IMG/VR virus record: IMGVR_UViG_3300030012_003189
Span: 1-64,000 of that record
Length of the DNA: 64,000 nucleotides
Origin: a virus
Direction: 5' to 3' (one strand)
The notes beneath the pieces were generated by a model, which was given only the letters and a program-made list of their open reading frames with translations, made no database searches and was not told where the DNA came from. Of this stretch, positions 10,036-18,439 are shown one piece after another. Every line of letters begins with the position of its first letter. Positions within the stretch are counted from its first letter, which is position 1. The position numbers were made by a program, and so were the translations under genes.

Positions 10036-11193
10036 TTATTTAATGTTAGCTAACTTTTTAAATCTGTTAGCTATCTCGTTACTTTCAGAAATAATTTCTT
10101 TCTTAGGAGCAGTTGAAGCTTGAGGTTTAGAAGCGATTCCTTCTGTTACTCTTACTTTTCTTTTAGTTTCTCCACCGAATTTCATTGATTCTGCTAAAGT
10201 AGCGAATACCAATTTCACCTCTCTTACAGATTTTGTTCTGTCAAGAGTTTCTACAACTTTACTCTTTTGGTCATTGTTCATAGCGTATGAACGGAATAAC
10301 TTGTTAGCGTAAAGTAATTTTGCGTTGAGTAGGTTGACTTCGTTGATTGTACTTTTAAGTTCTTTTACAGTAGCGTATGCTTCTTCAAGTTCTTTACTAA
10401 GTTCTTCAACTTTGTTAGATTCTTCCATGTCTTTCATTTCCTCTTCACCTTCTTCTTCTCCGTATCCCATTTCTTTTAGGATTTCGTCTAAGTCGATGTC
10501 TTCGTCCATGTCATCTTCTTCGGAATCTTTTTCCATTTCGTCCATATCAGCCATTTCTTCATCTCCATGCACTTCTTTATCTCCATGCACTTCTTTGTCT
10601 CCATGTACCTCTTTGTCTCCATGTACTTCTTCAACATCCTCATCATCTTCACCTTCTTCTTCAGAAAGTTCAGATTCTAATTCTCTGATGATATCTTCAA
10701 GATTTAACTCTTCGTCCATCTCGTCCTCATCATCACCTTCTTTTGCCATTTCGTCAACTTCTTCAGAATCTTCTTCTTCGTTTACTTCAGTTTCTTCCTT
10801 AACTTCTTCAGTTTCTTCAGATACAGTTTCTTCAACTTCATCCTCTTCTTCACCTTCTTTTAAGTCATCAACTTTGTCAACAGCGTCTAATTCTTCGCCA
10901 GGAGCTGCAGTCTCTTTTTCAGTTTCTGGGTCTAACTCAGTATGAGCCTCATCGTACTCAGGTTCTTTGTTATCTCCACTACCGATGTTTGAAGAATCTA
11001 ACTCTTCTGCTACTTCTTCCATTTCATCTTCTTCTTCTTCTTCAGCCATTTCTGATTGAAGTTTTTTAGATAAAATTGATTGTAGCTTTGGAGTAAATGC
11101 TTCTTCTAATGCGATTTTAGCATTAGCGATTGCAGTTTCTCTTACAGCTTTAGCGTCAGCGATGGCTTCTTTTAATAATTTAGAATTTGCCAT
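10036..11193 (-). CDS. Prohead core scaffold protein (gp22-like), highly acidic
   Basis: 385 aa, Glu/Asp-rich, directly upstream of MCP; C-terminal coiled coil ending RFKKLANIK; many hydrophobic-x-E sites. Confidence 0.85.
   Translation of the reverse strand: MANSKLLKEAIADAKAVRETAIANAKIALEEAFTPKLQSILSKKLQSEMAEEEEEDEMEEVAEELDSSNIGSGDNKEPEYDEAHTELDPETEKETAAPGEELDAVDKVDDLKEGEEEDEVEETVSEETEEVKEETEVNEEEDSEEVDEMAKEGDDEDEMDEELNLEDIIRELESELSEEEGEDDEDVEEVHGDKEVHGDKEVHGDKEVHGDEEMADMDEMEKDSEEDDMDEDIDLDEILKEMGYGEEEGEEEMKDMEESNKVEELSKELEEAYATVKELKSTINEVNLLNAKLLYANKLFRSYAMNNDQKSKVVETLDRTKSVREVKLVFATLAESMKFGGETKRKVRVTEGIASKPQASTAPKKEIISESNEIANRFKKLANIK
10559..10630 (-). repeat. 18-bp tandem repeat x4 encoding EVHGD(K/E)
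   Basis: Near-identical tctccatgYacYtcttt units; protein EVHGDKEVHGDKEVHGDKEVHGDE. Confidence 0.9.
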
Positions 11194-11337
11194 TTTTTGC
11201 CTTCCTTATTAATGTGAAAATATTATGGGATTTCCAATGATGTTAGGTCGGTTGTTCGGTCACCTCATAATAATGGGTATTCATTAACCAACTGAAATTC
11301 AAACACACATAGAATGGTGTGTTACTGAGTATAAGTA
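11194..11337 (-). promoter_or_regulatory. Promoter variant (TACTTATA) plus ~135-nt structured 5' leader of scaffold-MCP operon
   Basis: Hairpin AACACAC/GTGTGTT (11302-11323); stem GTTGGTT/AACCGAC (11286-11292 with 11247-11253) enclosing ACCCAT-TATT-ATGAGGT; SD-like AAGGAAGG. Confidence 0.55.
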
Positions 11338-11362
11338 TTATAATAGATTAAAAAACGTAAAA

Positions 11363-11629
11363 TTATCTTCGTTTTTTTCTTTTCTTTGTAAATAATCTGA
11401 TTGTTCTATCACCATTATCTATCTTTTCCAACATAGTTAACTTCTGTTGTTCCCTTACTGCTGCTTGTTTTTGTTTTCTTCTTACAGTTGTAGGTTTTGT
11501 GTATTGTTGTTTAGTTCTCAACAATTGAAGATGACCAGATTCATCTATTCTTCTTTTAAAAATTTTAAGTGCTTTTTGTATGTTTCCGTTTCTTACTTGT
11601 ACAGAAACTAATTTTGGGTGTTTACTCAT
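11363..11629 (-). CDS. rpsU: Phage-encoded ribosomal protein bS21
   Basis: VQVRNGNIQKALKIFKRRIDESG...QYTKPTTVRRKQKQAAVR matches the S21 family pattern; location among head genes is as described for bS21 phages. Confidence 0.9.
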   Translation of the reverse strand: MSKHPKLVSVQVRNGNIQKALKIFKRRIDESGHLQLLRTKQQYTKPTTVRRKQKQAAVREQQKLTMLEKIDNGDRTIRLFTKKRKKRR

Positions 11630-11647
11630 TCTCCTTTATTTAAATAA

Positions 11648-11983
11648 CTATGCGCCTGTTTTTGAGAAAGTTGGCTTTTTACCTTTAGACCTGTTTCCTC
11701 CCTTTTTAGAATCACCAGCTTTCTTTTGGTCTGCTCTTTTTCTCCTTACAAATGCTGCTCTACCTTTAGCTCCTAATTTAGCTGCTTTTTCTTTTGATAA
11801 ACATGCTGCGTATGCATCACCTTTTTTACCTCCACCACATTTACCTAATTTTTGTCCATCAGAACCATATCTATCCCATCCTCCACCTGATGAAGAACCA
11901 GTCTTACCTTTACCAAACCACTTACGCAAATCTTCGTTTTGTGGTTCGTTTACTAATTCATGTAGGATATCTGTTAAGTTCAT
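11648..11983 (-). CDS. Basic putative internal head protein
   Basis: Leader MNLTDILHELVNE followed by a Lys/Gly-rich module (EDLRKWF...GGWDRY...YAACL). Confidence 0.6.
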   Translation of the reverse strand: MNLTDILHELVNEPQNEDLRKWFGKGKTGSSSGGGWDRYGSDGQKLGKCGGGKKGDAYAACLSKEKAAKLGAKGRAAFVRRKRADQKKAGDSKKGGNRSKGKKPTFSKTGA

Positions 11984-11984
11984 C

Positions 11985-13043
11985 TTATTTTTTTGTTAAC
12001 ATATATAGTTTTTCCTCTGCATCTGGTACAGTTTTGTATTTACTTGGATTTTCTCCAAATCCTCTTAATGCTTTGTCAATAAATTTTTTGTAATCTCTTG
12101 GACCAATTCTTCTTTCATGTTCTGCCATCTTATCATAAAACTTTTTTTCAGTTTTAGAATATTTGGACATTACTTGGACCGCTTTACTTTCTTTCGTTTT
12201 AGATTCATCAATACCTCTGATTTTCTTTTGGGTCATCATTACTTTAAATCCATCTCTCTTCATATCAGCCATAAACTTTTGAGCCATCTTTTTATCGGCG
12301 TAAGCTGCGAATGCAGGTTTGATAGGTTTAGGTCCTTTTCCGTATGCAACAACAAATGCTTCATCTACTGGCCCTTCATCATCACCCTCATCATCTCTAT
12401 ACGTTCTAAAACTTCTATCAATGGTTTCTGATGTTTTTTCTTCTGAATCTAAATAGTGATATGCTTTTGATACATAATCTCTTGCTAATGTAAGTTTTGA
12501 TTGCCACCAATTAGGAAAATCAACTTCACCTTCCATATCATCATACTTATCTAACTTATCCATCAGTTTTTTACCATACTCCATTATCTCTAATGCAGTT
12601 GATTTTAACATATTTGGTTCATCATCTTGATGTCCTACATCAGTATCCTCTCCGATACCTTCACCGAATCCATATTTGTATCCACCTCTATGTAAAGCGT
12701 TTACAAACTTTGCTAAATCTTTTTTGTTTCTGAAAATTTGTATATCAAAGAAATCACTACCATCTTTGTGTTTCTTTTTACCATCATGGTAAGAGATTAC
12801 ATATTTTGATTTACCGACACCATCTTTTTGATTGTATCTTTTTGGTCCTTCATCTATAGCTTTTGGAAATTTTGTTTTTTTAGCAAGTTGTAGAAGTTTT
12901 TTAACATCAGCTGGTTTGTTTCTATTGAACTTATCAGCGTTCTTCTTATCTTTGAATATAGCAGAAACCATTTTATTACCATCACGAATCATAATGATAA
13001 TACCCTTTTTACCAAAAAATCTTTCTGTTTCTACTTTAGCCAT
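11985..13043 (-). CDS. Multi-module putative internal head polyprotein
   Basis: 352 aa; modules separated by IDE/G, IGE/D, VDE/A, IDE/S; includes FPNWWQSKLTLARDYVSKAYHYL module. Confidence 0.55.
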   Translation of the reverse strand: MAKVETERFFGKKGIIIMIRDGNKMVSAIFKDKKNADKFNRNKPADVKKLLQLAKKTKFPKAIDEGPKRYNQKDGVGKSKYVISYHDGKKKHKDGSDFFDIQIFRNKKDLAKFVNALHRGGYKYGFGEGIGEDTDVGHQDDEPNMLKSTALEIMEYGKKLMDKLDKYDDMEGEVDFPNWWQSKLTLARDYVSKAYHYLDSEEKTSETIDRSFRTYRDDEGDDEGPVDEAFVVAYGKGPKPIKPAFAAYADKKMAQKFMADMKRDGFKVMMTQKKIRGIDESKTKESKAVQVMSKYSKTEKKFYDKMAEHERRIGPRDYKKFIDKALRGFGENPSKYKTVPDAEEKLYMLTKK

Positions 13044-13046
13044 TTG

Positions 13047-14192
13047 TTATCCTTTTTTCCAACCACCACCAGCGGCTTTGTACTTTTTAGCAGCCCATCC
13101 GTTGGCGTAAGCTGAAGGATATACATCAAACTTCTTTTTAGCTTGCGCTTTATAGTATGCCCATTTAGATGGTTGTGTTGGAACATTTTTTTCAATCAAT
13201 GGTGTAACTTTATTTCCAAATTCTTCTAAGGTATTTATTTCACCAATAGTATCTTTGTACATTTTTACAATCATAGCATCAGCTTTAGGTCCAGTTTTAA
13301 GAAATTGACTTCCGAATTCTTTTCTAAACATTTTTACAAAATCTTTATTATCTTTTGCTCGTTTTGCCATCATATGAATTGTTTTCATCACACCTTCTTT
13401 CATTTTCTTCTTCTTACCTTTTTTACCTTTAGCTTTGTATCCACTAGCAAATGCAGCTCTTCGTTGTGCATCTGATGCGAATCCATCCAAAATATAATCA
13501 CCATCTCTATGTTGAGATATACCATCCATATCTTTTAACATATCAGCAGTCAATTCAACTCCCATTTCCTTTGCTTTATCTTGTAAATCTTTGAATCCAG
13601 CTGCTCCACCCTCATCAGATAATTTATCTTTCAAAGCTTGTAGTAACTCTTCTGATTCTTCTTTGATTGTAGTAGTTATAGAACCATCAGCATTTCTACT
13701 TGAAACTTTTACTGATTCTTCTTTGATTGTATCTCCACATCCACCTGGTGTAGTTCCTCCACATCCACATCCACAATCTCCTTTAGATTCTTTGATACCT
13801 AATCTTTCTCTCATTTCATCTTCAGTAATCTCACCGATTTTGTAGTATCTTGAAAGAATGTTCCCCATATCTTCGTATAGAGTATTCATTCTTTGGTCTA
13901 AGTTTCTTGCTTCCTTAGCAACTTTATCAAATTGAGAACCTAACTTAGTTAGTTCACTCATATTTCTTTTTATAGTATGCTTATCAAACCAATCATCAGC
14001 TTCTCTTAGAGCAAGTTCTCTTGCAGCTTCTGTGATACCACCCAAAGTTTCAGCAACTTCAATGATATCAGATTTTCTATCCATTGATTCTTGATATTTG
14101 TTGTATGTAGAAACGATTTCTAAGAAGTGTTTTTTAACTTCGTTAGATAATCCCCTATCCTCTGATTCTTTAAGTATATCTCTTAGTTTCAT
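13047..14192 (-). CDS. Multi-module putative internal head polyprotein
   Basis: Leader MKLRDILKE; IKE/S boundaries; CGCGCGG segment; C-terminal KKKFDVYPSAYANGWAAKKYKAAGGGW module. Confidence 0.55.
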   Translation of the reverse strand: MKLRDILKESEDRGLSNEVKKHFLEIVSTYNKYQESMDRKSDIIEVAETLGGITEAARELALREADDWFDKHTIKRNMSELTKLGSQFDKVAKEARNLDQRMNTLYEDMGNILSRYYKIGEITEDEMRERLGIKESKGDCGCGCGGTTPGGCGDTIKEESVKVSSRNADGSITTTIKEESEELLQALKDKLSDEGGAAGFKDLQDKAKEMGVELTADMLKDMDGISQHRDGDYILDGFASDAQRRAAFASGYKAKGKKGKKKKMKEGVMKTIHMMAKRAKDNKDFVKMFRKEFGSQFLKTGPKADAMIVKMYKDTIGEINTLEEFGNKVTPLIEKNVPTQPSKWAYYKAQAKKKFDVYPSAYANGWAAKKYKAAGGGWKKG

Positions 14193-14201
14193 ATCTCTCT
14201 T

Positions 14202-14564
14202 TTATTTTTTAGTTGTGTTTTGAAACTTAAACTTCTCACCTGTAATAGATAATTTATCTATGACTTCAGTTTGAACATCTCTTAATAGTTTCTCTAACTT
14301 ATCTTTTTCGATAACCATAGCGGATACTTTATCTTCCAATGCCTCATTCCTAGCTTTTAGTGATTCTACCTCTTCAGGATTCTTACCTATAAAAGTATAG
14401 ATAACAACTGATAATGAACCAACTAACATACCAACGATTACTTTAAATATATCGTTATTAGTTTCTGGTATTTCAAAAAATGCTAAAAATAATAGTAGAC
14501 CCATTACAAGTAAAAATACTGTAGCGGCTCCTAAATATCCTCTTAATTCTTTATCTTCTAACAT
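14202..14564 (-). CDS. Two-TM membrane protein with C-terminal coiled coil (holin-like candidate)
   Basis: Two hydrophobic segments (GAATVFLLVMGLLLFLAFF; VIVGMLVGSLSVVIYTFIG); SD GAGGAG. Confidence 0.55.
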   Translation of the reverse strand: MLEDKELRGYLGAATVFLLVMGLLLFLAFFEIPETNNDIFKVIVGMLVGSLSVVIYTFIGKNPEEVESLKARNEALEDKVSAMVIEKDKLEKLLRDVQTEVIDKLSITGEKFKFQNTTKK

Positions 14565-14587
14565 TATTAACTCCTCTTTCTTTTCTG

Positions 14588-14803
14588 TTATTTTATTTTT
14601 TTACCTCTCTTAACATCTCTTTGTAAATCCATCAGAGCGTTAATTTGGTCTTGTATTGCTTGTTCTAAACTTACAGTTCTATATTTAGCTTGTTTTCTAA
14701 CAGCCAACATAGCAATTCTTTTTTCTTCAGTAGAAGGTCCTTCGTTAAGTCCTAACTCTTCTAATACTTTTTTTTGTTCGATAATATCTTTTAACTTTAT
14801 CAT
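14588..14803 (-). CDS. Small putative internal head protein
   Basis: 71 aa; leader MIKLKDIIE...LNE/G. Confidence 0.55.
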   Translation of the reverse strand: MIKLKDIIEQKKVLEELGLNEGPSTEEKRIAMLAVRKQAKYRTVSLEQAIQDQINALMDLQRDVKRGKKIK

Positions 14804-14804
14804 C

Positions 14805-16091
14805 TTAACTTTTCCTTTTTACTACCTTATGTAAATCTTCTAATCTTGAAATAGCATCTTCAATGTGATTTAATGCATCATTGTTTTCACCAGCATTTAG
14901 TAAATCCATCATTTCTTCAAAGTCTTGCTTTATGTTTCCATTCTGAGCTTTCGCCATTCTGATAAGGTTTCTATCAGGTCTACCCTCAGGTAACATTTTA
15001 CTTAATCTCATTGAAGATTCATTAGTATCATCAAAAATTGATTGCATTTTTAATGCTAAATCTTTACTTCCATTTACTTTTAAATCAAATGCGATAGCAT
15101 CTAATGCATCTCTACCATCATAAGAAGCTTCTTGAGAAGCAAATTGTCCTATCTCATCAGTACCAGGTGATGAATCATAATATGAAGAACCATATACACT
15201 ATTCTTTCTCCATTTATCATATTCAGGTGACATGATATCTGGCATATTAGGGTCTTTTCTTGGGTCTTTAGCAAAATCAGGATTATCTTCTAACATTGCG
15301 ATTAATTTTCTTGCTTCAGAATGGAAGTTTGAATCTGTTAATGCTTCTACTGCTGCTTGACCCATTCTTCTTTGATATTCTTCTTTACCTAAGTTCTTTG
15401 GACTAATTCCGATTCTTTTTATTTTACTACGAACTGCTTTGTTTACTTCAATGTTTCCTGCTCTACCACCAGTCGAATCTTTTTGTGGTCCACTATCTTT
15501 AGGTTCTTCTTTATCTTTTTCACCTTTAAGTTTTTGTCCTAACTCTTTTGCGTATGCTACTGCATCTTCTTTACTATTGAATGATTTGTAATGATTATCA
15601 GCACGAGCATTATCCATATCATCAACTTTTCCACCAAATACGGCAAATTTATTAGGGTCATCAAATAATTTACCTTTAGAAATTTGCATATAATTACCAT
15701 CCGAATCTTCAAAATCTTCAGTACCTTCCATTCCACCCAAATCAGCTGATGAGAATCCCATATCTTTCATTGTTGATTCGATATCTCTTTTAAAATCTTT
15801 AAACTTAGCTTTCTTAGGTTTATCTTTTTCACCGGCAGAAGAGTCACCTCCCTTCGCTGCCTTATCTTTTTTTGGTTTATCAAAAATATTTACTTTAGGT
15901 TTATCGGTTGGGTCTTTAACTGCACCATCCTTATCATCTTTTCTTTTTTCGTGAGTACCTGCTTTTATTGCAGCATCTCTTGCTGCTTTTGATTTAAATA
16001 CAGAAGTTGTACCTGTTTCTTTACTGGTAGCAGTAAAAACATCTGCTTCAGTAATTGGTTTTAAATCTATTAATCCACCTAATTTTATCAT
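14805..16091 (-). CDS. Putative internal head protein, Lys/Asp-rich
   Basis: 428 aa; leader MIKLGGLIDLKPITE/A; directly downstream of prohead protease. Confidence 0.55.
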   Translation of the reverse strand: MIKLGGLIDLKPITEADVFTATSKETGTTSVFKSKAARDAAIKAGTHEKRKDDKDGAVKDPTDKPKVNIFDKPKKDKAAKGGDSSAGEKDKPKKAKFKDFKRDIESTMKDMGFSSADLGGMEGTEDFEDSDGNYMQISKGKLFDDPNKFAVFGGKVDDMDNARADNHYKSFNSKEDAVAYAKELGQKLKGEKDKEEPKDSGPQKDSTGGRAGNIEVNKAVRSKIKRIGISPKNLGKEEYQRRMGQAAVEALTDSNFHSEARKLIAMLEDNPDFAKDPRKDPNMPDIMSPEYDKWRKNSVYGSSYYDSSPGTDEIGQFASQEASYDGRDALDAIAFDLKVNGSKDLALKMQSIFDDTNESSMRLSKMLPEGRPDRNLIRMAKAQNGNIKQDFEEMMDLLNAGENNDALNHIEDAISRLEDLHKVVKRKS

Positions 16092-16672
16092 GATAATTCT
16101 GTTATTATTTCTCTTATTAAATCGTGTGCTTTACAATAATCTCCACAAACTTCATTAACTTTAAGTTGTTTTGATTCGTTCATCGGAGTCATAAATGCAC
16201 CATGTGTAGACGGGTTGGATACAAAATCCCAACCTATTAGTTCAAAATCATCACCAACAGTTACACCACCACCATTTCTTGGTTCTACTGAACCCATACC
16301 TCTTGATGAGATACCTAATAGAATGCCAGCTTTTAACAATTCTTTAAGAATGTTACCAGATGGCGTTGGTAGTATTTCAACAGTTCCCATCAAATCATCA
16401 TTTTCCCAATGAATTTCTCTAATGTTGTGTGATACGTTCTTTAAATTTATTACAGAAGATTCTGGATGGTCTAACTCACCCAACGCTCTTCTTTCTTTTA
16501 TGAGAGTTTCATATTTCTTAGCTTCTCTCATTAGAATTTCTTTAGGATAAACCCTTTCGTTTTGGTTAGGCGCTTCAGCTCTCTGTAAGATTCCTTTTAC
16601 GATAGTTCTACCTGATGAATCTTCGTTTATTTTACCTTCGAATAAATGAGTTTCTATAAGTAAATTTTTCAT
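16088..16672 (-). CDS. gp21: Prohead core protease (T4 gp21-like)
   Basis: NQNERVYP, ALGELDHP, VSHNI, GISSRGMGS, WDFVSNPST motifs; likely start is ATG 16672 (TAATG coupling, SD GGGGAG). Confidence 0.93.
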   Translation of the reverse strand: MKNLLIETHLFEGKINEDSSGRTIVKGILQRAEAPNQNERVYPKEILMREAKKYETLIKERRALGELDHPESSVINLKNVSHNIREIHWENDDLMGTVEILPTPSGNILKELLKAGILLGISSRGMGSVEPRNGGGVTVGDDFELIGWDFVSNPSTHGAFMTPMNESKQLKVNEVCGDYCKAHDLIREIITELS

Positions 16673-16857
16673 TATGCTCCCCAACTTCTACGTTTTTTAA
16701 ATAATTCAAAAAATATTGCTGAAACTTCTTGTCTGATAATCTTACGAATCTTATCTTCATCTTCGTTAGTTACCTCTTCATTGACTAAAGAAATTCCACC
16801 ATATTTGTGGATTAGAATTTCTTCTTTAACAATTTGTTTCAACTTATCTATTTTCAT
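16672..16857 (-). CDS. Small putative head-associated protein
   Basis: 61 aa; MKIDKLKQIVKEE leader. Confidence 0.6.
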   Translation of the reverse strand: MKIDKLKQIVKEEILIHKYGGISLVNEEVTNEDEDKIRKIIRQEVSAIFFELFKKRRSWGA

Positions 16858-16860
16858 TTT

Positions 16861-17058
16861 TTAACTTTCTTTCTTTTCGCCTTTGCCTTTCCAAGCAGCA
16901 TCGATTTTGTTAAAAAATGCTTTTTTCTCTTCATCAGACATTTGAGGAATTGATTTACCAGATTTTTTTAGTGCTTTTGCAAAAAACTTCTGATATTCAG
17001 TTTCTTCTCTCAATACATCTTTGATGATTTCTTTTAATCTTTCCTTTGTTATTTTCAT
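16861..17058 (-). CDS. Small putative head-associated protein
   Basis: 65 aa; MKITKERLKEIIKDVLREE leader; YQKFF...MSDEEKKAFFNKID. Confidence 0.65.
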   Translation of the reverse strand: MKITKERLKEIIKDVLREETEYQKFFAKALKKSGKSIPQMSDEEKKAFFNKIDAAWKGKGEKKES

Positions 17059-17516
17059 TGGTCTAATTCCTTTATACTGTTAACTATATTAATTAACCTT
17101 TCCTTTATCTTATAAATATGAGTATTTGTTCTTTTCCAATACTTGTCTTTGTTTAACTCATTCATAGAACGAATCTTATTGTACCATCTAAAAAACATCT
17201 CAACTTCGGCTAATTGATATTTTAATTCTTTTAATCCCAAAGCTAACTTATGGTTGGGAGTTTTTGTTTCATCATTTTTTAACTCTAACCATCTATTTAC
17301 AGGTCTTTTTATCTTCTTACCCTCACCAACAATTCTATAACCCATTTGAGTAGCTATCCTTTTTCTTTTTTCTTTATCTTTTTTGGATTTTTTGTTTAGA
17401 AAAGCGTAAGGAGTATCGAAACCATCTATATTTGCGGTTGTTGTGATTTCATCTAAATCCTCATCCATCTCTTCGACAAGATTACGAATATATTCTTTAA
17501 GCTTTGTTTCTAACAT
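17055..17516 (-). CDS. Hypothetical head-region protein
   Basis: 153 aa; LKEYIRNLVEE...LDE/ITTTANIDGFDTPYAF. Confidence 0.6.
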   Translation of the reverse strand: MLETKLKEYIRNLVEEMDEDLDEITTTANIDGFDTPYAFLNKKSKKDKEKRKRIATQMGYRIVGEGKKIKRPVNRWLELKNDETKTPNHKLALGLKELKYQLAEVEMFFRWYNKIRSMNELNKDKYWKRTNTHIYKIKERLINIVNSIKELDQ

Positions 17517-18372
17517 TTTTTATTTCACTAATCAATTCATATGCTATCATCATAGCAGAAACCTGATTGTCTGAAACTACCCTACCAATTTTTGTTTTTT
17601 TCAAAACATTGATAGTTTCTTTTAACTTTATTTTTGTAACCTTATCTTTGACCTCTTTATGTTGTTTTACCAACTGAGTAACCACTTCTTTGAGTTGTTG
17701 AGTATAGTATTCTGTAAATTTGGAAGTATTACTTACATTGTTAATGTAATTTTTTAACAATGCTTTTTGAGATTCATTTAATTTTTGATGTTTTTTGTTG
17801 AAAGTTTCTAACAATACTTTATATGTTAAGAATCTTTCTTCTTTATTCTGAGTTTTAAACTCAGAAATTGTTTTATCTTCAACAAGTTGTGCTTTATTTT
17901 CTAATTCACCACCTATTAAACCTTCTACAATAGTATATTTAGAATTAAATACATCTTTTACATCGTAGTTTTCTTTGTTTTGAGATTCAAATATCTTATA
18001 AATGGAAGCCATCACCTTATAATTTGTAATTGGTGATGATAAAAATTGATTAATATCAAAAGATTCTTGGATTTTTTTAACTAAATTGTATTTTTCTTTA
18101 GTTAACTTCTTTAAATCAATTCTTTTTCTTGCTTCTAAAATAGTATCAATAAATTTTTCTGCTCTTCCCTCTGATTTGTACTTTTCTTCGGATAGCATTT
18201 GATACAATCTGAGTTCTTTACCTAACTCAGTCCTATTACTATAAAATTCTTTGAGAATTTTTTGTGCTTTTTCGTTATTATCACCATTTAAGACCTCAAA
18301 AGTAATTTGTCTGACTAATAGTTCAAACAAAATTCCAGTGTTCTTAAACTTACTATGTTTAATTTTTTTCAT
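17497..18372 (-). CDS. Hypothetical head-assembly-region protein
   Basis: 291 aa, helical, between portal and protease; SD and upstream TATTTATA motif at 18409-18416. Confidence 0.65.
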   Translation of the reverse strand: MKKIKHSKFKNTGILFELLVRQITFEVLNGDNNEKAQKILKEFYSNRTELGKELRLYQMLSEEKYKSEGRAEKFIDTILEARKRIDLKKLTKEKYNLVKKIQESFDINQFLSSPITNYKVMASIYKIFESQNKENYDVKDVFNSKYTIVEGLIGGELENKAQLVEDKTISEFKTQNKEERFLTYKVLLETFNKKHQKLNESQKALLKNYINNVSNTSKFTEYYTQQLKEVVTQLVKQHKEVKDKVTKIKLKETINVLKKTKIGRVVSDNQVSAMMIAYELISEIKNVRNKA

Positions 18373-18439
18373 TTTACTTCCTAATTTGATAGAATACTAA
18401 ATCTCTAATATAAATATAAAAATATTTATTAAAGAGAAT

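Noticed and set aside
10325-10945. 206-aa Ser-rich plus-strand ORF
   Set aside because: Mirror of the GAA/GAT-rich scaffold codons; no independent start signals.
11194-11340. tRNA in the long intergenic gap
   Set aside because: A GTTCG is present on the plus strand, but I could not build a cloverleaf with acceptor stem and D-arm; treated as a structured leader instead.
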